Assembly (NCBI GenBank): GCA_964244895.1
Contig: CAXTKV010000123.1
Coordinates: 1 to 15,760 of the forward strand
Direction of reading: 5' to 3'
DNA: 15,760 nucleotides
From: an uncultured Deinococcales bacterium
GTDB taxonomy: Bacteria > Deinococcota > Deinococci > Deinococcales > JAAFIG01
Part shown: piece by piece, positions 7,373 through 15,760 of the stretch
Numbering within the stretch: position 1 is the first letter of the stretch
Layout: each line of letters starts with the position of its first letter
The notes under the pieces: model-generated
Told to the model about the DNA's origin: nothing
Database searches by the model: none
Seen by the model: the letters and a program-made list of their open reading frames with translations, nothing else
Program-made: the position numbers and the translations under genes

Positions 7373-8137
7373 TCAGACCTCGAGATCGAACACCTGGAAC
7401 GCTCGCTCGAGCCCCTGCAGCGGGTCGCGCGTGGGAATCCATTCGTGACCGACGAAGCTCTGTGAACCCCACTGAGAGATGGCTTTGGCGATCGCCGGGT
7501 AGTTCAGTTCCTGGGCTGCGTCCGGTTCGTGCCTGCCGGGGTTTCCGGCCACGTGGTAGTGCGCGAACATCGCGCCCCACTGGTCGATGGTGCGCACCAC
7601 GTCGCCCTCCATGATCTGCATGTGGTACGCGTCGTAAAGAAGGCGCAAACTGGACGATTCGACCATCTCGCAGACAGACAACCCCCATTCCGTGCGATCC
7701 GCCATGTAGCCTGGGTGATCGAGCCTGGAATTCAGCATCTCGAGCGCGATCGTCACGCCTGCGTCCCTGGCGTGACCGACGATGCGGCTCAGGCCTTCGG
7801 CGGTGATGCGCGCGCCCGTGTCGTCGCGCACGCCGTAGCGGTTACCCGAAAAAACGATCAGCACGGGAATCTGTTGGGCTTCAGCCGTTTCCAGGCTGGT
7901 CAGGAATTCTTTTTCCAGATCGTCGTGGTTCGCTCTGTCGTTCCAGCCGCGCTCGAGCGAAGATTGACCTCGGTGCGTGACGATCTTCAAACCCGCAGAT
8001 TTCATCAACCCGTGCAGTTCTTCCGGCACGAGTTCCACGCCCTCGAAACCGATCCGAGCGATCCCTTTCGCGAAGGCTTCGGGGTCGAGCGCTTTCTCGA
8101 AGCACCACCAGCACACGCTCTGTCGGAGTTTTGGCAT
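7373..8137 (-). CDS. Hydroxypyruvate isomerase-like / xylose-isomerase-like TIM-barrel protein
   Basis: QSVCWWCF, GFEGVEL, ALEMLNSRLDHPGY, LLYDAYHMQIMEGD, HYHVAGNPGRHEP, ELNY and VGHEW motifs. Start is ATG 8137 or GTG 8155. Confidence 0.88.
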   Translation of the reverse strand: MPKLRQSVCWWCFEKALDPEAFAKGIARIGFEGVELVPEELHGLMKSAGLKIVTHRGQSSLERGWNDRANHDDLEKEFLTSLETAEAQQIPVLIVFSGNRYGVRDDTGARITAEGLSRIVGHARDAGVTIALEMLNSRLDHPGYMADRTEWGLSVCEMVESSSLRLLYDAYHMQIMEGDVVRTIDQWGAMFAHYHVAGNPGRHEPDAAQELNYPAIAKAISQWGSQSFVGHEWIPTRDPLQGLERAFQVFDLEV

Positions 8138-8151
8138 TGGAGATTCAGGAT

Positions 8152-8170
8152 ACACCGTTCCAGACGGTCT
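8152..8170. repeat. Single unit of the ACACCGT-N5-ACG repeat family in a divergent promoter region
   Basis: ACACCGT-TCCAG-ACGGTCT. Confidence 0.6.
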
Positions 8171-8247
8171 TTTACATCTTCAGGTGAACCGTCTGATGCG
8201 CGCGTTCTTTTTGACTCGCGCGATTCGCGGTTCACCCGTACAATCCG

Positions 8248-11200
8248 ATGGTGTTGACGGCGCTTGAACTGGACGAAATCTTTGAGGCTGGAACGCTCGA
8301 GCGGGCGCGCAAGCTGCGGCAATCGCAGAAAATCCAGAAGATCACGGTCTCGAAAGACGGTTCGGTCATCAGCGGCGTCGTGCGCGGCTCGAACGGTGAG
8401 CGTTACGACGTGGACGTGTTCCTCGAGTGGAGCGATCGCGCCCTGGAAGATGTCAACGTCATCTGCGATTGCCCGGTCGAGTTCAACTGCAAGCACGGCG
8501 CGGCCCTGCTCCTGGAGGCCGACGAACGCGGGTTGCTGCCGCGACCCAAACCCCTCGAGACGAGCGCCGATCTTCGCGCGTTGATCGAAACCTTCGCGCC
8601 GCCTACGATCCCGCAGAAATCATCGAGCGTCCTCGAGACCTTCCAGAATCCGCCCGCCGCGCCCCGGCTCGAGCAGCAACTGAACGCGTGGTTGACAACT
8701 TCCTCGCGCATCGCGGAATCTGACGATGCGAAAACCCAGACGCAGACGCTGGCCTTCACGCTCTCCTCGACGCCGGAACGCAAGATCAGTTTCAAGGTCT
8801 GGAGCGGCAAGGAGCGCAGGGACGGCAGTTTTTCGGAACTCAAAGCCTACAACCTGCCCAGCCACCTGGATGCCCTGCCGCAGTACGCGCTGCGCGACAG
8901 GCCGCTCCTGCGTTCGATGATGAGCTTGCGCGTGTCGTTGATCGATTTTGCGACCTGCGTGATCGGCGATTTCCCGCCCGCGCCGGAGTTCTTGAAGCTC
9001 CTGCTCGAGACCGGGCGCTGCTGGTGGGACGCGCCGAACGGCCAGCCGCTGCGCATGGCCACGCCCAGATCCGGCGAACTCGAGTGGCTGATTCAGCCGA
9101 ACGGTACGCAAGTCCCGAGCTTCCGCGTCTCACCCGCCTGCGATCACGTGCTGGCGCTTTCCCCGCCGTGGTTCGTGGACGTTTCGCAGGCTGCGATGGG
9201 CCTGATCGAGACGCCGTTCAAGCCCTCCTTGGCGCAGCATTTCGCGGCCTGCCCACCGGTCGCACCGGGTGAACTGAGCGCCTTTCGGGCCGCGTTCACG
9301 GCCCGATTCCCGGACTTGCCCGCGCCCGAAGCCATCCAGGAACGCGTCGTGGATCGGGCCTGTCGACCGATGCTGCGCCTGATGTCGCGCACCATCAAAT
9401 CGAACTGGAACGTCCCGGTGGAACTGGACTTCGCGGTGCTCGAGTTCGGCTACGGCGACGCGCGTTTTTCGCCGTCCGACGCGCGCAACACGCCGCGCGA
9501 GGTGGTCAGCTTCAGGGACGGCGTGCTGGAACGCATCCTGCGCGATCCGGTGGCGGAACTGAACGCGGAACGATTGCTCTTGGCGCTCAAGTTGCAACCG
9601 ATGCTGACCAGCCACCTGCCCGGCGTCGGGCGGGCGTACACGCAACCCGACGCCAGATCCGACGCGCTCCAGACGGCCTGGTTGCGCTTCATGAACAAGA
9701 CCCGTCCCGCCCTCGAGGAACTCGGCTGGCGCATCGAATCCGACCCGAGCTGGCGCTACAACACCGTCGAGGCCGCCGAATGGTACGGCGAACTCGAGGA
9801 TGAACGGGATGCCGTGGGAACCGTCACCGACGCACCGCTCGAGGATGCGGGGCACGGCGGCTGGTTCGGTCTGGAACTCGGCGTGATCGTGGACGGTCAA
9901 CGGTTGAACCTGCTGCCGCTTTTATCCGACCTGGTGGCGCGCCTTCCCAAAGATTTCACGCCCGAGCACCTGCGCCAGATGCCCGACGACGCCCGCGTCT
10001 ACCCGCGCTTGCCGGACGGTCGCTTGCTGGCCTTGCCCATTGAACGCGTCCGCGCCCTGCTGGGCGTGCTGCTCGAGCTGTACGCCGAACGGCCCAGGGG
10101 CAAGTTGCGACTCTCGATCTTCGACGCGGCCCGCTTGCTGGAACTTCAGGATGCCCTCCAGCTGCGCTGGCACGGTGGCGAACGGTTACTTGCCATGGCC
10201 GCACGCCTGCGCGATTTTCAGCGCATCGCGCCGCTCGAGCCACCCGTCGGCCTGAACGCCGAACTGCGCCCGTACCAGATCGAAGGCTTTTCCTGGCTGC
10301 AATTTCTGCGCGAGCACGACCTGGCGGGCGTGCTCGCCGACGACATGGGCTTGGGCAAGACCGTCCAGGCGCTGGCGCACGTGCTGCACGAAAAAGCCTC
10401 CGGTCGATTGGATCGCCCCGCGCTGGTCGTGATGCCGACCAGCCTGGTCACCAACTGGAAGCTCGAGGCTGCGCGCTTCGCGCCTGAACTCAAATTAACC
10501 GTGCTGCACGGTGCAAAACGCGATCATTCCAGAATTCTCGGATCGGACGTGGTGCTGACCACCTACCCCTTGTTGCTGCGCGATTTCGACAAGCTCAAAC
10601 AGCACCAGTTCCACCTGATCGTGCTGGACGAAGCGCAGTACATCAAGAACGCCCGCAGCAGCACCGCCCAGAGCGCCAGCGCCCTGAGCGCCCGCCACCG
10701 GATCTGCCTGACCGGAACGCCGCTGGAAAACCACCTGGGCGAACTCTGGAGCATCTTTAACTTTTTGATGCCCGGCTTCCTGGGCGACGAGCGCGCCTTC
10801 CGCGAGGCGTACCGCACGCCGATCGAAAAGAATGGCGACACCGCCCGCCGCGCGCAACTCGCGAAACGCATCAGGCCGTTCCTGCTGCGCCGCGCCAAAC
10901 GCGATGTCGCCCGTGAATTGCCGCCCAAAACCGAGATCATCGTGCCGTTGGAACTCGAGTCCAGCCAGCGCGACCTCTACGAGACCATCCGCGTGGCCGT
11001 CAGCCAGCGCATCCGCGAGGAAGTCGAGAAAAAAGGTCTGGCCCGCTCGCAGATCGTGGTGCTGGACGCGCTTTTGAAACTCCGTCAGGCCTGTTGCGAC
11101 CCGCGCCTGGTCAAATTAGAGGGCGCGAAACCCGTCAGGCACAACACCAAACTCGAGTGGTTCACCGAAAACATTCCCGCCATGATCGAAGAAGGCCGCA

Positions 11201-11658
11201 AGGTGCTGGTCTTCAGCGCCTTCGCAACGCTGCTGGGCAACCTGGAAGCCGCGCTGGAGGGCATGAACGTTCCCTACGCCAAACTGACCGGGCAGACCCG
11301 CGACCGCGCCCAGCAAATCGAGAAGTTTCAGTCGGGGGACGCAGGCGTGTTCCTGATCAGCCTGAAAGCCGGTGGTGTCGGGTTGAACCTGACCGCCGCC
11401 GACACCGTGGTTCACTACGACCCGTGGTGGAACCCCGCCGCCGAGAACCAGGCCACCGACCGCGCCCACCGCATCGGGCAGACCAAACCCGTGTTCGTGT
11501 ACAAGTTGATCGTGCAGGGCAGCCTGGAGGAAAAAATTCTTGAATTGCAATCGCGCAAGGCGGAACTGGCGCGCGGCATTCTGGAAGGTGGCTTGACCAG
11601 CGCGGTCGCGCTGACGCAGGCCGACCTGAGCAATTTGCTCGCGCCGCTCTCGAAGTGA
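8248..11658 (+). CDS. SWIM zinc-finger SNF2/SWI2 family helicase
   Basis: N-terminal CDCPVEFNCKH (SWIM). LRPYQ, LADDMGLGKT, LDEAQYIKN, LTGTPLEN, SLKAGGVGLNLT and DPWWNPAAENQATDRAHRIGQ motifs. TACAAT at 8239-8244 suggests a leaderless GTG start at 8251. Confidence 0.95.
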   Translation: MVLTALELDEIFEAGTLERARKLRQSQKIQKITVSKDGSVISGVVRGSNGERYDVDVFLEWSDRALEDVNVICDCPVEFNCKHGAALLLEADERGLLPRPKPLETSADLRALIETFAPPTIPQKSSSVLETFQNPPAAPRLEQQLNAWLTTSSRIAESDDAKTQTQTLAFTLSSTPERKISFKVWSGKERRDGSFSELKAYNLPSHLDALPQYALRDRPLLRSMMSLRVSLIDFATCVIGDFPPAPEFLKLLLETGRCWWDAPNGQPLRMATPRSGELEWLIQPNGTQVPSFRVSPACDHVLALSPPWFVDVSQAAMGLIETPFKPSLAQHFAACPPVAPGELSAFRAAFTARFPDLPAPEAIQERVVDRACRPMLRLMSRTIKSNWNVPVELDFAVLEFGYGDARFSPSDARNTPREVVSFRDGVLERILRDPVAELNAERLLLALKLQPMLTSHLPGVGRAYTQPDARSDALQTAWLRFMNKTRPALEELGWRIESDPSWRYNTVEAAEWYGELEDERDAVGTVTDAPLEDAGHGGWFGLELGVIVDGQRLNLLPLLSDLVARLPKDFTPEHLRQMPDDARVYPRLPDGRLLALPIERVRALLGVLLELYAERPRGKLRLSIFDAARLLELQDALQLRWHGGERLLAMAARLRDFQRIAPLEPPVGLNAELRPYQIEGFSWLQFLREHDLAGVLADDMGLGKTVQALAHVLHEKASGRLDRPALVVMPTSLVTNWKLEAARFAPELKLTVLHGAKRDHSRILGSDVVLTTYPLLLRDFDKLKQHQFHLIVLDEAQYIKNARSSTAQSASALSARHRICLTGTPLENHLGELWSIFNFLMPGFLGDERAFREAYRTPIEKNGDTARRAQLAKRIRPFLLRRAKRDVARELPPKTEIIVPLELESSQRDLYETIRVAVSQRIREEVEKKGLARSQIVVLDALLKLRQACCDPRLVKLEGAKPVRHNTKLEWFTENIPAMIEEGRKVLVFSAFATLLGNLEAALEGMNVPYAKLTGQTRDRAQQIEKFQSGDAGVFLISLKAGGVGLNLTAADTVVHYDPWWNPAAENQATDRAHRIGQTKPVFVYKLIVQGSLEEKILELQSRKAELARGILEGGLTSAVALTQADLSNLLAPLSK

Positions 11659-11681
11659 TCTCGCCCAGGGTCATGGAGCGA

Positions 11682-11740
11682 GAACACCGTCCAGGACGCG
11701 GTTTTTGGTTCTCTAGGGAATGCCGTCTGGGACGGTGTTC
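11682..11740. repeat. REP-like inverted doublet between convergent genes
   Basis: GAACACCGTCCAGGACG / CGTCTGGGACGGTGTTC. The spacer contains GTTCTCTAGGG, which also occurs at the end of the 1901-1946 copy (1944-1954). Confidence 0.8.
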
Positions 11741-11778
11741 CCGAATCGAGCACCTCGAGAAAGCGCCCTCGGGAACCC

Positions 11779-12021
11779 TCAACGCTCGAGGAACAAAATC
11801 AGCGCCATGACCGCCGCGATGCCCACCACGGCTGCGACCGCGCCCACCCACTGCTCGCGCCAGACGAACACCACACCGATCAACATGAGCGCCACCATCA
11901 CCCATTGAAGAACGCTCCGCAGGGTTCCGTTGAGGCTGAAGGCGTAAGCGCTGACGTACAGCGACACGAGTCCGATCAACACCAGCAACACGCTGATGAC
12001 GACTCTCAAGATGATGGTCAT
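11779..12021 (-). CDS. Small hypothetical 3-TM membrane protein
   Basis: 80-aa strongly hydrophobic ORF filling the gap after glcF. TATAGT lies 8 nt upstream of the ATG. Confidence 0.65.
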   Translation of the reverse strand: MTIILRVVISVLLVLIGLVSLYVSAYAFSLNGTLRSVLQWVMVALMLIGVVFVWREQWVGAVAAVVGIAAVMALILFLER

Positions 12022-12049
12022 TGCTCTGGACTATAACGCAATTGAGGGC

Positions 12050-13330
<1,281 letters not shown>

Positions 13331-13370
13331 GGTGTTCTCCTTTGGAAGCCGCAGGCCGTAAGCCTCGAGC

Positions 13371-14447
13371 TTAGAAGCTGGGGAATTTGCCATCCGGGTC
13401 GAGCGCCCGCTTGACTCGAGCGAGCATCACAGCATCCGAGCCGACGCCCAGGATCGGTTTTTCGGTGTCGCCCATGAACACCAAGGCTGAAAGTTCCAGC
13501 TCGTGCAGCACGGCTTCCAGTTCGTGCAGTTCCGCGTTCCAGCCGACCCACGCGACCTGCCCCGCCGAGCCGTAGCGCCTGACCGCCGCGCCCTCGAGCC
13601 TGGATTCCAGCGCCGGAATTCGCTTCGGCGTGACCGGAATCTTCAGCAGGTACCGTGCAGAACGGTGTTCCTGGAATTCGCGGAGTCCGTCCCAGACGGT
13701 CTTTTCTGCATTACCCGTCAGCCTCACGGCCTTTGCGCCGACGAAACCCTCGAGCCGATCCAATCTTGCATCCAACGCTTCCGGCACGCCGCCCAGACGC
13801 ACCAGCACCGTGCTGGACGGAATCAATTCCAACCCTTCCAGATCAAAGTTCGATCTCGAGAGGCGCACCACGGCATCCAACGCACGTTGGAAGCTCGGAA
13901 GCTCGAACCGCGCCGTCTGGAACGCCTTCGGCTTCGGGAAGACCTTGAACGAAAGCTCCGTCATGACGCCCAAACGCCCCAGGCTACCGACCATCAATTT
14001 GGGGAAATCGAAACCCGCCGCGTTCTTCACGACCTTGCCGCCGCCCCGAACGATGTTCCCGCGACCGTCAATGAACTGCACGCCCAGGATGAAATCCCGC
14101 ACGCCGCCGTACCGCACGCGCCCCGGCCCGGACAGACCAGATGCGACCGTGCCACCCAGCGTCGCGCCCGCATCCACCAGCACTGGATCGAACGGCAGGT
14201 ATTGCCCGTTCTTCTCGAGCAGATCGCGCACCTCGGAGACTTTGGTTCCGGCCAGCGCGGTGAAGGTGTACTCGCCGGGATCGTACTCGAGGACGCCGGA
14301 GAGGGCGGTCATATCGAGTGGGACAATGTTGTCGGAAGATCTCGAGAGGGCGGTTTTTGATTTCCCTGAATGAATCGAAACAGCGGTGCTTGCGAGAACA
14401 TGGGCGCTAATGGATTGAATTGCTGCACCAGTCGTCATTGCGCTCAT
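13371..14447 (-). CDS. glcE: Glycolate oxidase FAD-binding subunit
   Basis: [41 protein letters not shown] and KRALDP motifs; lies between glcD and glcF. Start is ATG 14447 (ATGA overlap) or 14438. Confidence 0.9.
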   Translation of the reverse strand: MSAMTTGAAIQSISAHVLASTAVSIHSGKSKTALSRSSDNIVPLDMTALSGVLEYDPGEYTFTALAGTKVSEVRDLLEKNGQYLPFDPVLVDAGATLGGTVASGLSGPGRVRYGGVRDFILGVQFIDGRGNIVRGGGKVVKNAAGFDFPKLMVGSLGRLGVMTELSFKVFPKPKAFQTARFELPSFQRALDAVVRLSRSNFDLEGLELIPSSTVLVRLGGVPEALDARLDRLEGFVGAKAVRLTGNAEKTVWDGLREFQEHRSARYLLKIPVTPKRIPALESRLEGAAVRRYGSAGQVAWVGWNAELHELEAVLHELELSALVFMGDTEKPILGVGSDAVMLARVKRALDPDGKFPSF

Positions 14448-14971
14448 TTCGCTAAAAACTCATACTTCAGATATTCATGAAGTGTATCAGCGAAGTGAAT
14501 TGCGTCATGATCCATGATTGAAAGGATTTCGCAATTTTTCGTTTCGTTGGTACATACGATAAATCGGTGCGCGTATATAGGTAATAGTCTATCACTGTCG
14601 TCAAGGCCAAATTCCGAGCAAATTTCAGCCATATATGGAACAGTTCTTTCTATCATCTCATGAACCGTATCAGTGTCTCGAGGAAATGAATACACTCCCA
14701 CTCCATATCTATGAGGATAACCTGACGATCCATAAATGTTCTTTGTCGGCAAATCAGTTCCATTCATAAAGCTTAGCATTAGCCGAAAATCATCTGGCAA
14801 GCGAACCTGAAACTCTTCTTCAAGTGTGATTATTTCATCATCTGAGAGCCCGGGATTCCATTTTGTTCCAGGCTGAAACTGGAAACCATATGTAACTGGA
14901 TTTAACTCCGTGGTTGCCCATTTTGTTTCGGTTCCGCGTTTGAATTGATCCAACCACTCGCGCGTAAGCAT
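14444..14971 (-). CDS. SMI1/KNR4 (SUKH) family protein, low GC
   Basis: GLSDDEIITLEEEFQVRLPDDFRLML...NG signature, LLPIYAHRF and FADTLHEYL C-terminus. AAGGA RBS precedes ATG 14971. Sampled lines are 38-45% GC. Confidence 0.8.
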   Translation of the reverse strand: MLTREWLDQFKRGTETKWATTELNPVTYGFQFQPGTKWNPGLSDDEIITLEEEFQVRLPDDFRLMLSFMNGTDLPTKNIYGSSGYPHRYGVGVYSFPRDTDTVHEMIERTVPYMAEICSEFGLDDSDRLLPIYAHRFIVCTNETKNCEILSIMDHDAIHFADTLHEYLKYEFLAK

Positions 14972-15063
14972 CTCAAAATCCTTATTTATTCCTCGAGATA
15001 ATACCCGATTGCTCAAATCTAAGGTGGTGGCCTATCTACGAATGATGAGCCCAGAAATTTGCG

Positions 15064-15267
15064 TCAGAGACAACCTCGGGATTGCATCGAGCATTTGGGC
15101 TGACCCACTACCAAATCTAAATCATCTTTGAGTACTTCCCAATCTTCCAGTAAAGTGGCAGGTTCAAACGGTTGCTCGTAACGGACTACAGTCCCTTTGA
15201 GCGGATGTTGCATCTTCTTCTCGTTGGCGTCAATTTCTGGTGCATTTTTCGATGATTGATCGTTCAT
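15064..15267 (-). CDS. Small protein resembling the C-terminal part of a type II (VapB/Phd-linked) antitoxin, possibly degenerate
   Basis: HPLKGTVVRYEQPFEP...EDWEVLK resembles the PLxGxVxxYxxPFEP..DWE tail recalled from antitoxins preceding PIN toxins. GGGAG RBS lies 8 nt before ATG 15267. No alignment was run. Confidence 0.5.
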   Translation of the reverse strand: MNDQSSKNAPEIDANEKKMQHPLKGTVVRYEQPFEPATLLEDWEVLKDDLDLVVGQPKCSMQSRGCL

Positions 15268-15272
15268 TTCTA

Positions 15273-15760
15273 TCACTCCCTCGAGATTGCGCCGGATTGC
15301 TCGAGCGGGTGCGGGCCGTGGTGTTTCAAACTCGGGGCTTCACCGTCGGGGAACATCTTGCCGGGGTTGGACAACTCGAACGGGTCGAGCGCGAGACGAA
15401 GATTTCGCATGGCATCCATGTCCACCGCGTTGAACATCTCCGGAAGGTACTCGCGTTTTTCCACGCCGACGCCGTGTTCTCCGGTGATGCTGCCGCCCAG
15501 TCGAACGCACAATTTCAGAATTCCGCCCGCCAGGGTTTCGGCTCTCTCGAGCGCACCGGGTTCGCGCCCGTCGAACAGGATCAAAGGGTGCAGGTTGCCG
15601 TCGCCCGCGTGGAAGACGTTGGCGACGCGAATCCCTGCTTCTTTGGACATCCGTTCTATTTCTCCGAGCGCCAATCCCAGCTTGCCGCGCGGTACGACAC
15701 CGTCCTGCACGATGTAATCGGGACTCAGGCGTCCCACGGCTGAAAAAGCGCTCTTGCGGC
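15273..15760 (-). CDS. glcD: Glycolate oxidase subunit GlcD (C-terminal part, truncated by window edge)
   Basis: [54 protein letters not shown] and NPGKMFP motifs. Confidence 0.93.
   Translation of the reverse strand, partial: RKSAFSAVGRLSPDYIVQDGVVPRGKLGLALGEIERMSKEAGIRVANVFHAGDGNLHPLILFDGREPGALERAETLAGGILKLCVRLGGSITGEHGVGVEKREYLPEMFNAVDMDAMRNLRLALDPFELSNPGKMFPDGEAPSLKHHGPHPLEQSGAISRE

Noticed and set aside
7373..8137. Hyi-like gene as part of a glycolate/glyoxylate pathway with glcDEF
   Set aside because: It is separated by the oppositely oriented SNF2 gene, no gcl or glxR is present, and the family has broad substrate range.
1..11658. Helicase-nuclease plus SNF2 helicase as an anti-phage defence system
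   Set aside because: The genes are more than 6 kb apart, separated by unrelated genes, have host-like composition, and have no adjacent methylase, ATPase or other defence partner.

Overview
GC-rich (roughly 60-68%) bacterial chromosomal window. It is probably Deinococcota, inferred from several leaderless-type TAnnnT boxes 6-8 nt before start codons. In order it holds: the 3' part of an AddA/UvrD-type helicase-nuclease; a TetR-DUF5367-DUF6713 membrane-protein operon with a 34-bp operator palindrome over its start; a ~145-bp MITE-like element carrying a GTAG-type REP doublet; a MerR-family metal sensor upstream of an uncharacterised membrane protein with a textbook 20-bp-spacer MerR promoter; a PIG-L deacetylase; an acyltransferase-3; a Hyi-like isomerase; a SWIM-SNF2 helicase; a small membrane protein; and glcF, glcE and partial glcD. 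An ~820-bp, ~40% GC cassette (antitoxin-like ORF plus SMI1/KNR4 protein) sits at the glcE start between 10-bp imperfect direct repeats. The most striking non-genic signals are (i) about 73 copies (hand count) of the palindrome CTCGAG, roughly 14-fold over base-composition expectation and HIP1-like in behaviour, and (ii) a dispersed ACACCGT-N5-ACG repeat family in most of the larger intergenic gaps, often as inverted doublets with conserved spacing.
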